A DNA stretch of 64,000 nucleotides from Lytechinus pictus (taxonomy: Eukaryota), in contig NC_087251.1 in assembly GCF_037042905.1 (NCBI RefSeq), forward strand, positions 7,938,001 to 8,002,000, written 5' to 3'. Below, piece after piece: positions 27,706 to 41,475 of the stretch. Under the pieces are notes generated by a model. The model was not told the DNA's origin and did no database searches. It saw nothing but the letters and a program-made list of their open reading frames with translations. How positions within the stretch are numbered: position 1 is the first letter of the stretch; each line of letters opens with the position of its first letter. The translations under genes and the position numbers were made by a program.

Positions 27706-28265
27706 AGGTCAAGTCCACCCCATAAAAATGTTGATTTGAAGAAATAGAGAAAAATCAAACTAGCAAAACGATGAAAATTTCATCAAAATCGGATGTATAC
27801 GATGTAAAATAAGAAAGTTATGACAATTTAAAGTTTTGCTTATTTTTCACAAAACAGTGATATGCACAACTCTAATGAGACAGTTGATGATGTCCCTCAC
27901 TCACTATTTATTTTGTTTTGACAATTAGGACCAACTTGACTGAATAATATTATTAAACCATGCTCATTCCATGTGTTCATGGAGGAATTAATCACTGTTT
28001 CATTTGACAATGAGGAGAAAAATAGAATATTCCCTATTTCATATAATAAAATACAAAAGAAAAAGTTAGTGGATGATGTCATCAGTCTCCTCATTTGCAT
28101 ATACCCACCTGGATGTGCATATAACTGTTTTGTGAAATGAAGTAAAACTTTAAATGTTATAACTTTCTTATTTTACATCCGATTTTGATGAAATTTTCAG
28201 TGTTATGCTTGTTGGATTTTTCTATTTTTATTCAAATCAACTTTATGTTGGAATGAACGTGTCCT
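27706..28265. mobile_element. TTAA-type (Kolobok/T2-like) MITE family B, full copy
   Basis: TTAA|AGGTCAAGTCCACC...GTGTCCT|TTAA; long imperfect TIRs (about 150 bp, including GAAAATTTCATCAAAATCGGATGTA). Confidence 0.85.
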
Positions 28266-31200
28266 TTAAGTGTAAAAGCAAGTCTTAAAGACTTTTATCC
28301 CATCAGGGAGTTAAGAATCAAAGAATACACATTCCCCCTACAGAATTGCAAACTTCTTGTTGAACTCTGATGAACTTTACCTGGTTTGGAATGGGATGAA
28401 TGTATTAAAAAGTTATTAGCTATTTTGAAGCCTGAACATATTCTTGTGACCTACATATATTTTTCCTGATCAGGGTGGTGTGGATACCTCTTAAAAGGAT
28501 TGCTGTTTCTCTTGATATCCCCCAAAGACCTCTCATGAATGAATAACAGGTACTCAGTCTCCACTTCCAAGTTCAACACACTCACTTCTTTCCTCTAGAA
28601 GCTTTATTACTCCATAATGTCTTACTTTCAAAGTGAAAGCCTTCCTTGTCTAGTAGCTACAATTTATTAATAATATTAAGATACAGGTTCATTTGGAAAC
28701 TTTGTTCATGAAAATTCAGTTTTTTGTAAAAAAAATTTTTGTATTGTCTGCAATGATATTTTTAGGGGGAACTAGATAACTTACTCTCATTGGCTGCTAT
28801 GCAGAATTTGAAATTCAAGGGGGTTGGAACTTTGTGAAAACAAAAATCAGTGTTGATTATGATTTTAAAATGATAATATGATCAGTAAATGCATTTTATG
28901 ATTATTGTTTTCAGTCATTAACTGATTAAAGTGTGCATGGGATATACAGAGAATATGAATGAGAATACACTTTGAATTAGGGTTTTTAATAGAACATGTT
29001 TTGTAGAGAAATCATTTACAATTCTGTTTTGAAAGATGGGTTAAAAAAGGCCATCCGTAAAAACTTTGAAAAATTATTGATTTTTTTTCAACCACAACCA
29101 CACTTTATTAAATTTGGCATTTCATCAAAATTAAATCCTGTGGATTTGATCACTTGCAGATTATTATGTACAAACATCCATTTTAAATTTTGTACAGTAT
29201 TTGTTGTGTAGGAAATGTGAATCATGAAAAAACATGTAATTGATATTGTCATAAGTATAAGAAAGGAGAACATGGAGAACCTATATGAAATATCATGAAA
29301 GAGTTTCCTTTCTGCAGCCCTTTTATCTCTCCCCTTTTATATTTATTTCAAAGTAATTGAAAATATTAATGACCAGAATGACTAGAATTCCATGTTATTT
29401 AATGAATACCTATGTATGCAGTATGTTTTCATTTAACTTTTCCCTATTTTTTGCCAAATCACATTGCATCCTTGAATTGTGATTTTCTGCTCCTAATCTT
29501 TCCAGTAGCGATGTGCGTGATCAAATTATTTTCCCTCTAAATCTTTTTAGCCATCTTGCAATGTCTTGTCCCTAGAGCTGACGTCACTTTCTTTCTAAAC
29601 GTCACATTTAAGATGAGTTTGACTCTCTGACCAAGATCCTGTGAAGCGTAGTCCAGCGTATGAGTCAACGTGAGATCAATCAAAGGAAATGGAGGGGAAG
29701 TAAGATGAGCTTGGGCAAATTTGAGAATTTCATCAGGCAAGATTTCATAGAATATGGGAGGTCGTGTTTGTATCTAATCTGTCGCATTACATTACAAAAT
29801 CATTACCAGATATGTGCTTGCCCATTTCTTCCTGTAGAATGCATATATGTTGGGGTCTTGTGACAAGTAGATGCAGACATACATTGTGCTACTTTTAAGA
29901 AATCCCTTGGATTCAGTTCTGATTTTCAAACAAATCATAAAGATGAATATACATTTAGCAAAATGAATTTATTGGTTTTCACTTAATAAGTCTAGTGTAT
30001 TATTTGTAAACACAATCAAAATTTCATGAAGCAAATTATATTTTTTTGTCCCCCTTGTATGGCCTACAGTCTTACCTGTATCATATTTCTGAGTATATTT
30101 GTGGACCTCATTCTAAACATGAAATAGCATGAATGATTGATTTTATCTAGCATTACATGATTTATTCTCAAACCATGTACTCGGGTTGCTAAACATGTTA
30201 TTCCATTGATCCCTTCTGAGGGTACTTCAATAAATAGATGTTGGAGAAACAGAAATAAGATATCAGGCTTCGAGCAGGAATCAATGTTTCTCGGCTTCTA
30301 TTTCATAATTAAATAATGATTTTAAATGGTCACATTCTTTTTCATTATAGCAGTTATGGGAAAACATTTTTTTTCTTCAGAGGATGACAATAAATTCAAT
30401 GTTGATATAAGAAATCAATTATTTTGTAGTTACAGCATTTTGCCTTATTTATTTTTTATGAGAGAGGGTTAGGCAGATGGTTTGAGTTTGAATTGTATAA
30501 AGTTTGTTTTTTTCTCCAATATCCCCAAGAATAACAAAAATATGTTTTTTTTTGTTAAAGGTCATGCATTAATTATTAATGATTGATTTGTTGTTATTAT
30601 ACAAAGAAGATGAATAAAACATGAAAATAACTCTTACTGTAAGAGTTTCAGTGTTGAGAGATGGTTGTTGGTTTGATACGATGGCTGCTGATAAATCTAC
30701 CAGCCGGAATTCAATCTTGGCTTCCTCAGTTTCTGTCTGAGGCATTGAGGGCATCCTCTCACCGTGCCTTGCGCTCTACGACCCCATCACTTCCCCTTCA
30801 CCCGGCAACTATTGTTCTAAATGAAACACAAGGAGTACAGGTTATGAATCATTGCCATTGCCTGAGGGATGCCTTAAGGACGACTCACTAGTCAGGTTCA
30901 TAGGCAAGCTTGAATGGGTAGTCTACTGGTGGATAGAAATTCATTAATCATACCAAGGAGGTTTCATATTCTCAGGAAATGGTATGAAAAAACACTCTCT
31001 AAAGGGATCTGCCTGGAAGTACTCTCCTTTCCATCCCCCCCCCCCCATTTCCCCGTCTCTTTTCTGTGTTTGTATCAATTTCAAGATATAGTGATGACAC
31101 AGGCTTGGATGGTTATTATTCTGATGGGCTGGCAATATCAGAAAATATCTCTGTATCAATCTCAATTAACATTGCTTCATGATTCAATGTTTGAACGATG

Positions 31201-31871
31201 ATGTATATGAAGGTTGTAGGGTTAAGACATAAGTTACGCTTGATTTTTGCACAACTTGTTGGCCTCAATAGGGATTTGCATAGTGTTCGGTTGAGATGTT
31301 ACAAATTGGTGAGCTCCGCAAAGTGAAACCCAAGTTTAAAAAACTCAAGACCTTTTAGGTGATCTACTTTTCCTTGATCCAAGGGAAACTTATGAACAAA
31401 AGTTAATGAAGCAGAATCATGTACAATATCGTTTATCCATATAGATGTAGGCTCCTACGTCTTGGTATGCACAGTGCTTCTGAAATTTCCTGTTTTGAAC
31501 AGAGCAATCTATCAGGGTCCTTCCTCATGCAATCATTCTTTCATGAATTACAATATCTCCTCTATATTTAGGGAAAAGAGACATCTTCCTGCCAAATGAA
31601 TTGCCTCTCTGATAAACATCTCAGTATAAACATACCTTGCTCGAGGGACTCCCAATATATCAGACAATTCAGTGTAAATCAGGAGATTCCTAAGGGACCT
31701 TGAAAGGAGATCTACATCTTCATTCAAGATGGCAAACTGAATTATGCAATCTCAAACTTTGATCTCACTCAAGCGTTTCTTGGTGGGAGGAGAGATACTT
31801 ATCAAGTGAAATCGTGTTTACGAGATTACGCTCTTATTTATAAGTTGACCTCAGGAGTGAAGCTACATATA

Positions 31872-32393
31872 GGGTGCGTTTATCCGCCACTTTTTTTACC
31901 CTATAATCATGATTCCAATCATGATTCAAATCACGATTCTGCAGAATCACGATTGCGTTTAGTCGAAATTGAATATAATCATGATTAGAATCACAAACAT
32001 GAACTACGAAAAAAAGGGCGTTTGGAAAGACGTTTCTGCAGAATCACGTACGAAAATGTTCGGATAAACGATATCGTGATTTGAATCATGATTATATGAC
32101 GTCATTGTGTCGAGCTATTTCCGGTTCTTGCCAAGGCGCGCGCCCCACGTTGTCACATCACATGTACGTCGCCGACCTCCAATTAAGTGTCCAACGTTGA
32201 CCTATACTTCCTGGGTCAAACTGCGCACTGTGATGCGCACTGGATCGGTCCGAATCCGAGGAGAAACAGCGTTGGAACGAAGGTCGTCTAAACCCTGATT
32301 CTGTAGTAATTGTGATTCATGTTTGTGATTTGAATCATGATTCCAATCATGATTCAAATCACGATTCTGGCTTGAGGTCGGATAAACGCAGCC
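31872..32393. mobile_element. PIF/Harbinger-type MITE family D, copy 2 (inverted relative to copy 1, shorter interior)
   Basis: GGGTGCGTTTATCCGCC...GGATAAACGCAGCC; both arms are reverse complements of the arms of 24439-25248. TSD is not clean. Confidence 0.85.
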
Positions 32394-32517
32394 CAAGAGG
32401 GTACTTGATAGTAGCCAGGGTTTGAAGTAAGAAACATTGATTTGATTATAAATCTTTGATGTGTGCACTGTGTGGAGAAGTTTTTCTCCCCATGTTTTTT
32501 TAAATTGTAAGAGTTAA

Positions 32518-33101
32518 AGGAGAATGAAACCCTTGAAACCAGCTGAATCCATATCAAAGAGAAAAATCAAAGAAACGTATTGTTGAAAGTTTGAGGAAGA
32601 TTGAATGAATAATAAGAAAGTTATGAGCATTTGAATATTGAGATCACTAATGCCATGTAGATCCTCCCATTGGCAATGCGACCAAGATCAGTGATGTCAC
32701 ACACGTACAACTCCCTCATTACTTTAGTACTTATTTCACTTATATTCTCACTTTTATAGAGTCTATCACAAGGTGAGGTGTTCTCTTTATGAGATGACAA
32801 GTACAGAGGTTTCACAACATTATATCATTGATGAATCGTTTGTCATATGATTAGAATGAGCAAAAAGAGATGTTTTGGGATATATTTTCAGTGTCCAAAA
32901 GGGGAGAGTTGTTCATCTGTGACATCATAGATCTTGGTCGCATTGCCAATGGGAGGATCTCCATAGCATTAGTGATCTCGACATTCAAATGCTCATAACT
33001 CTTCTATTGCTAGTCCTATTTTACTCAAACTTTTGTTGATCTTATTCTTTGATTTTTCTGCTTTCACAAAAGCTAACTTGCTCCAAGATTTTCATTCTCC
33101 T
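32518..33101. mobile_element. TTAA-type MITE with AGGRR termini (Kolobok/T2-MITE-like)
   Basis: TTAA|AGGAGAATGAAA...TTTCATTCTCCT|TTAA; imperfect inverted arms of about 185 bp. Confidence 0.88.
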
Positions 33102-35039
33102 TTAATTGTTTCGAGTCCCATCTCTTAACATCCATAGCATGATTGAATTCATTCCAAAAACTTAAGGTGTATGTAAATGGCATTCAATGCAGCAAAAATT
33201 ATGTTAGCTTCATGAAAACCTAATCACTTTTTTTCCTTTAGATTTTGCTGAATACATATGTATTCATAACCTATTTCCATGGCCTTTAAAAACGATATGA
33301 TATATATGTCATTGTCATATTGTGGATTATAGAAAACTTAACTCACTCTTCATTAAGGTAATTTTAGTATGATTGGTGCCTTTTATTTTTACAGTCCTTT
33401 TGTGACTAACTTTGCCAGCATACATGTATATCATCTCACATATGATATGTCTAGGTTCAGGGTTTGGTGATTAAAGTTGTTGCTAGGGCTCTGTTGAACT
33501 CCTAATCCCTTGAAGTGTTGTGTGAGTGAGGAAGAGGCTTGCCATCCTAATTGATTAATCCTTACCATGGGACCATCAACAGTGCAAGGGATCATCTCAG
33601 GATATTTATAGCATTTTATTTTAGGAACAATCTCTCTTTCTTGAATGTTCAGTGGCATAGGGATGTCACACAGAGGAAAAGATGTAATGAAAAAAGGAAG
33701 GGAGAATAAAATAGCTCTGCTCACTGAACATGACCTTGACCCGTAGTAGAGGTACATTCATGTGTGATCTAATGAAGATTAGAAACTACCAACTGAGAGA
33801 CAGTATCCTGCTTCATCATGCTCAGAAAATCTATCATTATTGTGGAATTTTGGAGGCAGGAAGGGTATAAATGGGATTAGAGGGTAGGTGTGGTACTTCA
33901 TGGAGAATTAGCTTGACAATCATAGAAACATTAAATGAATACACACATCATATTCTCCATCCAACTATATAAATGATAATGATTAAGTGTCAGTTGTTAG
34001 TCTTGGACAGGTATAAAACCAAATGGGGAGTTGCAACATGAAATACTACACAATTGTAGAAATGCTCATCTAGAAGTTGGGTAGTAAACCAACATCCATA
34101 AATGTCACTTTATATTAATGAATTAATCTTGCAAAGGTGTAGTGACTATTATATTGACTGGTTCTTTATGAACATTTGTATTTTTATTTTGACGTGACAC
34201 CTTTTTTTCAAGTAAAGGCCTTTCAAACACTAATTTCACAAATTTAGTAATCGCATTTATGAAAGCTGTAAGATTATTAATTCATTTCCTGCTTGAGATT
34301 ATACTTTACAAAAAAAATCTTCAAATTATTTAAGGCAGGATTTACCTTTTTTATCAAGATGTTTTAATTGTAAATTTTGTGCTTGAATGTTGGATTTAAG
34401 GTCTCATCTTTCAATGGCACATGATTTGTTGTATACTCTTTCATAATATATCTGACAGTGAATTAAAGTTTTAAAATTCAGTATTCTTAAGATGTACCAA
34501 ATTTAATACCAGCTTTAAGAGGGTGTGGAGTGAAAAAAAGAAAGAATTGTCACGAAAATGCACCAGATTACTTGCTGCTTCTTATCTGAATAAGGCATAA
34601 TGTACATCAAATTTGCAGAGAAAGGAATCTAAAATCGACTCAATGAATAATTCCTTCACCCATCCATGAAAGGTGCATTATTCCTACAATATGGAGATTG
34701 AATGTAAATATACTTAGGTTGTCAAACAGAGTGGAGTAAGGATTCAACCGTATCTGTAACCATAGCAACATAAGAGAGTAAGATAGAGGTGAATGTACTG
34801 AGATGCAAGAGAACGATGTAAAGGGATGACATCAATTCAAATTAGTGCAGGTGTGTTTACACTGTGCACTGAGGTGTGATGATTCCATGGTGGCACCCCC
34901 TCCCTTCCCTCTCCTTCAACATCTTCCCCATTTATTATTGCTTGACCAATCATCTTGGTAATCTTCACACCCGATGTGACAGCGTATTGGTAATCGGTTT
35001 AAGAGATTCTTGTACCCTTCCCATTCCTCCAATTCACTA

Positions 35040-35445
35040 GATCAGGACCGTATTCTATATTATTGTGTGCACTTGATTGTGCACTAGAATCTGGAAGTGG
35101 GTTGGGCATTGATGCTGCATCCTCATCATCTACCCCATCCCTCATCCAACATCCATCCCACATCACATTCTTCCCATCTGATCAGAACCAGTCATTCCAT
35201 CTTGATAAATGTTTGCACTTGGTTGTGCATTGGAAGTGAGACCCCCCCCCCCACATCCCATCCATTCTTCCCCATCCATTACACCAGATCAGAACCAGTC
35301 ATTCCATCTTGATGAATGTTTGCGCTTGGTTGTGCATTGGATCTTAGATCCCCCCCCCCCCCCGTCCTATCCATTCTTTCCCACACCATATCAGAACCAG
35401 TTATTCCATCTTAATAAATGTTTGCGCTTAATTGTGCATTGGAAG
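35040..35445. repeat. Tandem minisatellite, unit about 102-108 bp, 3 good copies plus 1 degenerate
   Basis: CAGAACCAGT(C/T)ATTCCATCTT(G/A)AT.AATGTTTGC.CTT..TTGTGCATTGGA recurs at about 35182, 35290 and 35392, separated by C-rich spacers. Confidence 0.8.
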
Positions 35446-37407
35446 ACGGTTGGGCGTTGATGATGTCACCATTTATTGGTCCATCTCTCAAGGGAAGTCA
35501 AAATCGCAACGAGCTGTGAATCAATTCTTATTGAAAGAGATTTGATGCTAACAAACCAATGCTCTGGTGGTAGGAACCGGAGTGTACACCACTATCATGT
35601 CCATGGTTGCGTTCATGATTTTATTTCCTATCGGTGGGCTAGAATGTTCAATGTTCAAAAGTATGTAAAAGTGAGAGAGTGAAGAGAAAAAGCTAATTAT
35701 AAGGGTGTATTCTACATATTTTGATTGAATGTTTTAGGATTATTCATACAAACATATTCATTCAAGTCATGAAGAGTATACCATTTATATAAATTTCATC
35801 TTTAGGGACTATAAGAGCAATTGTGATAATAACATACCAATATACCAGGCTTTTATATGGTATAGTGAGATTTTTTTTATTTGAGGTTAGACTGGCAGTT
35901 ATTATTTGTTTACAGAGGAGTACATGTACATGTCAATGTGTTGGCAATTGATTTATGTAATTCTAATATGTTTTGGACATAGGTGACCTGGCTTCAGCAC
36001 ATCAGCTTAATACCTGTATTCCTTAAAACCTGTTTTCTTTAAAACCCATTTTAGTTTAATTCATTGCTTCCATCATGAATAATTGTTTAAAAAAATATAT
36101 CCTCAGATTAAGTGATTTATATTTTGTGGCAAAAATTTGCTGACAAGATAACTCCAAGCATGATACAACTACTTAATCATTTGACAAAAATATTGAGGGT
36201 ATCTGTAATAACAATGGGGTGGTGTCCATTAATAGCAAGCAGGTGATAATGTGTGATGTGGTGATAATGGAGTTGTGATTGATGACTGGTCATACTATCC
36301 TCAGGCAAACCTCAGATTGGGGTTTGTGAATTCTATCGGTAATGAACTTGGACAGTATGGATTTCAAAAGTGAGAGCTGAGAGCCCAAGAATGTGTGAAT
36401 AAAATTATGGAGAGAAACAGAATGACTGAAGACATCTATAATAAGCCAGACTCGGGAAGAAGAAAGTATGAGAAGGGGTGGAGTGCATGGATATTGGATT
36501 ATTTGAATATCTACCCCCTAGCACATTTGGTTGGCATTCACCCGAATCATTTGGTTTAGGGCAAAATGTGTAGAAAATTGGAATCCTTTTCTGTGGTGGA
36601 AAAAGAGAGCGTTGAAAAAAGAGGTAGGATCAGAGAGAGAAACAGATGGACAGACACAGAGATGAATAGAAAGATAGTTTGGGGTTGAGAGACTGATTGA
36701 GAACTGAGTTTCTTCTCTTGAAATATTACAGATCATATATCAATCATTGGTAGAGAGAGAGTACAGGTGATATGGTGTGATGTTCTCACAATGTGGAAAC
36801 CTTCTGTAAAGGTGTAAAACTCAAGCTGATAGTCACATCCACTTGGTTGTCTGTTTGAGTTGTATACCACTATAAGTATCAGACAATTTTTTTTGTAAAA
36901 CATAATTGCATGGGTTTTGTAACAGTATTTCTTTTTATTATTTAAAGAAATTTTCCACCCTTTCACACAATAAAAAAAAATTGTAATTTGAATGATTCCA
37001 GTGAAACATAAGGCTGATGACAAATATTTAGCTCGTGTGAAACCAAATAGAATCATGAACGCTAATCACTATCACAAATTCAAATTCTACTCCGGAGGTG
37101 AATTCCAGTTAAGTTTCATTCAAATTACAGTACAAATTTTCCATGTGAAAGGTGCGATGATTTTAAAGACGAATTGTAATCATTACAATGATGATTCAAG
37201 ATTCATGTGTGAAAAGGCCCTTTATTACATTGTATGTTGATATACAGATTTCAGTTTTCTCTCTATTAACTTGAATATCCTAGGAATTTAACTTGACTGA
37301 TTCTTAATAAGAACAAGAATGCATGTTTTCCATATTATCATTTTGAAATAGTTTTATTTGAGAAATAAGATAACCTTTTATTTCTTGATTTCTCATTTTT
37401 TCCACAG

Positions 37408-37565
37408 GAGAAGCATCACACCGATCATCTCCGAAGCTACTTCATAAAGCAACCACAGGTGTATCATCTAAGAATAGCAATAGAACTAGGAGTCCTGCTA
37501 GAACTCTACCTCATTTACCAAGATCAGATTCACTTCCAGAGTCTTCTGTTCCATCACAACCCAAG
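37408..37565 (+). CDS. SPAST: Spastin coding exon (low-complexity Ser/Pro/Arg linker, likely microtubule-binding region)
   Basis: tttttccacag|GA...CCCAAG|gtattt; 158 bp, phase 1-0, open: REASHRSSPKLLHKATTGVSSKNSNRTRSPARTLPHLPRSDSLPESSVPSQPK. Its phases bridge the flanking exons exactly. Confidence 0.82.
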
Positions 37566-39979
37566 GTATTTAAATATTTGTTATGCATTATTGATATTTG
37601 TTGCACAGATTTTTAATTCAGTTTAGGATAAAACACGTAATGTTAGCAGTAATAAAACTGTTTTTACCTTCTTAAGCATGATACTAGGTTCAAATTTCCA
37701 TCCACCTTGAGAAATAGTTATGGGATGATTAATGTAAGTATAATGTAAGTAACTTTTTAATGAGTTTCACATTGCCAAGAAACATATCTGTTGGTGAATA
37801 GTTGATGACCTTGTAGCTTGTCTATGAAAAACAATCAAAATATTGATAATTGAAATGGACATTACAAATGGAAGTGACTTCACATATTAATGTGATGGAT
37901 AGTTTGTCATTTATTTGACGGCTGTTTGTGCTTTTTTGATTTAGATATCTTTTACAAGAAGCCAAGAAAATATAATATTTCTAATAACATATTGAAATAT
38001 GTTTGAAACAAACAAGTTATTTAGCCATCAAATTGTCATCCCTCTGCAGTATTATGCTTACATTCAAGCATGCTTTATGTAGAAAGCAATAAAACATTCC
38101 ATTCCAGGCAAGACTCATGCAGGAAATTGAATTTCACAGAGAAATCTGGCCAAATGGCTCAATTTCCGTCAACAAGAGACAGTGTAGGAGACCCAAAGAC
38201 AAACAGACATGATGACATTCATAAAGATCCTAACCTTAGTAGTGGGTTTTGATGAGTATTAATTATCAAGATGGATGATGATAATGGTTGATCTTGGTAG
38301 ATTTGAAAGGCTAAAGGGTCCAGGGTAGGATGAGTCACAGAGATGGGATCTTCTTTCTCAATTCTTAGCTTGAGCTTTGGAAATCAGTTTGATGCTACGG
38401 AAGAGATTAAGGTTCCTGTTGGAGTTTGGTAGGATTATGATTTGAAGGAAGGAAGGAAGAAAGGAAGTGGCAGAAAGCACACATGCCTTGAGAAATGTCA
38501 TTGCAAGTAGAACTATGGTTGTTTGAAACGGCAACAATTTATTAACGAATACCCCGAATAGCAGTAGGTGAATTTTTCTTTCTTTTATCTTTTTCTGTAT
38601 AGGTGTTTATTATTTAAAAATTTCTCTCTTATTTTGAATAACAGGTTAAATTTTCAGTTAAACCCTGAAATATCCTACTCACCTTCACTTCATCTTCCAT
38701 CTACACTGTACATAATCTTGTATAATTATCTTCTTATTGTATCTCATACCCTTTCATTTACATTTCTCACCTTTTCTTTAGTTTCTGAAATTCAGTCTGA
38801 CAACTTATATTTTGATACCTCCCTCTTACTCTTTCCATGCATTTTTTTAAATAGCTTTTCTTCCTGATTTATTACAAGGTATTAGGTTTCCTTTTTATAA
38901 TATGCCACACTATTCACTGAAAGTCTGAAGTGCATTTATTCCGAATAACATTAGGCCTATCTTCACCTTTTACTCATATAGAGTACCCTTATGTGTGCTT
39001 CTTTATAATATATTCTTGAATAATGCCAAGTTTAGAAGAGATAAACTTGTTGCCATGGTAACTTAATTTGTGAGGAAACAACATCGCCAAGTCACTCAAG
39101 TTTAGTCATTGATTGATATGTTTTATTTACAAGGATCATATGTAAAATAAACTGCATTCACTTCTAAGTAATTGATATTGGCATAACATAAGGAAAAGTT
39201 GCCAACAAAACTAAAACTATTCATTATATAAATGGTATGTCTCCTGTGCTGGGGATATTGTTGAATAGGATAATAAGATTGCTTTTGATAGTGAATTTGT
39301 TTACAAGAAAATGAAACTGTATTTTTTTTAATATGTAGATTAATCTGACTGAATGAGCTCTGGTCTGATCAATAACAAAAAATACAATTTTACAAGCTTT
39401 TATTACAAGGCTGAAATAATGTTATTTCATCGATGGAAACTTGAAAGTGTTTTTTTTTTCTGAAAAAATAGTAGCAAATGTTTGATAACGAAATTCATGA
39501 ATTAGGATTTTAAATATCTTCATTTTTATCTCTCAGTTGATGAGTGAATGTGAAATATTGTACATCAATCAATTTACTTGAATTGTGACAATCAGGTGAC
39601 TCCAAGATCATGTGATTAATAGTCACATTCATCCATCATCATGTCATGATTAAGATGACATTGAAACAGATAGGTCATCACATGAGTAGAAACATCATTC
39701 ATACTATGACAAAGTGATTGTACTTTGAAGCAATTAATCTTGTACAAAGTGATACAAAGAATAAATATGAGTCATCTTTGTATCAAGGCTAGCTTACCTG
39801 ATACTGTTACATTGCAATGTGTATGTTAGCATTTGGAAGGCATTTTAAAACCGGCTCAATTTTTGGTTGTCAGCTTTCACTAAAAGTGAAAAACCAATCA
39901 GATAATAACTGGGAAATAATTGTAGATAATGACCTTTCACATTAATGAATTGATATAATTTGCACCATCTCCACTGCAG

Positions 39980-40157
39980 GTCAAAGGTCACACCTCAACA
40001 GGAAAGAAGGATCTCCGATCACCAACCAGATCAGTTCCCCCTGTCAAGGATATCAAGCACACTATATCAAGATTGAAGAATGTGGATTCTAAGCTTGCTA
40101 ATAGAATATTAGATGAGATCTTAGACAGTGGACCTAAGGTTACATTTAATGATATTG
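39980..40157 (+). CDS. SPAST: Spastin coding exon (linker to start of AAA domain)
   Basis: ctgcag|GTC...ATTG|gtaagt; 178 bp, phase 0-1; ...LKNVDSKLANRILDEILDSGPKVTFNDI, the conserved spastin pre-AAA helix. Confidence 0.93.
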
Positions 40158-41257
40158 GTAAGTATATTATTTACACCTTTTTGTGCCCCCCCCCCCTCAT
40201 CTTCTGAAACTGGTGTCCCAGGATGTGCCCTCTTGCTTCCCCCTATTACAGATATGGCACTGATTCTAGGTCTCTTTTCTGAATTATCTTTTTGTTTTCC
40301 TGTCTTTCACTTCTCGCTACCTTTCTTCCCTCATTCCTCTCTCCCTTATTATCTCCCCCTTTAAACTAATCCCTTACAATCATATTGACAGTTAACCAAT
40401 TGCCTACTGGAATACGGTGATCCCTAAAGAGAGCCTATGAGAATTACAGGATTACGTAGTGACCAAGTTAAATCGCTATTTTTATTTGTTTTATCCATCC
40501 TCTCTGGCATCTCTTGAATCTCCTACAAAGATAACTATGTAGTATTGGTTTCTACTATTACTCATTATGTATTAGTTTGTTTCTACCTGTCATGGCGTAG
40601 ATTACATTGAACCATCAGCTGTATGCTGTAGGTATTGATTTCTCGCTCTGATATGTAAATGCGCATGAAATGATACCTGACTTGCAGAAACACTCCAGCT
40701 ACTTAGCCTTGAAATGAGGTACAAGGAGAGACTGATACTGTAAGGTAATTTCTTCTGAAGTCAGTAATTTACTAAGGCTTCTTGAAATAATTACAATTCC
40801 TAAAATAATGACGTCAGAAGATAATTGGGAAAAGGGGGCTTTTTTTATTTGTACTTTAATACTTCAAACACGCATGTAACATTACATTACTTTTCTTTTT
40901 CTTTGAAAGTCAAAATCTTTATTTTAATCATCTATGTTTATGGTAGCATAAAAGATAGAAAATGTGAATATCTTTCGGAAAAGTTTTGTATTCAGTTTCC
41001 TTTTCTTTCCCATGTTCAAAGCATATATAAAGCATATATATATATATAACAAGCCTTAATCAAAGAACAGTTATAATGTGCAAACAAATATTAAATTCAT
41101 CAGTAAGACCAGTTTAAGAGGTATAGAAATGGGTCAAGACATTGTTTTTAATATATCACAAGTTTGAATAAACAATACAATTGCTGAATTTTTATCAGCT
41201 TTGAAATGAAGGTAAAATGTTTAATATATTTGTTCAAATCTGTCTGTCTTTCCAAAG

Positions 41258-41397
41258 CTGGACAGCAGGCAGCAAAACAAGCCCTTCAAGAGATAGTGAT
41301 CCTACCAGCTTTAAGACCAGAACTCTTCACAGGCCTCAGGGAACCTGCAAGAGGTCTACTGCTCTTTGGACCACCAGGGAATGGCAAGACAATGCTG
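41258..41397 (+). CDS. SPAST: Spastin coding exon (Walker A)
   Basis: tccaaag|CT...CTG|gtaaga; 140 bp, phase 1-0; [47 protein letters not shown]. Confidence 0.96.
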
Positions 41398-41475
41398 GTA
41401 AGATCAGTTAATCATAACCTTTCTCTGTCAGGAGCATGTAAATATACATGTATGATCCTACATACATACATATAA

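Noticed and set aside
29490..29705. Several AG acceptors suggesting a cassette exon or microexon in the large intron
   Set aside because: Each candidate either breaks frame or meets a stop in the SPAST phase before a usable donor.
33390..33420. Partial resemblance to miR-153 (TAGTCACAAAAG on the - strand)
   Set aside because: The seed region does not match and no precursor hairpin is seen.
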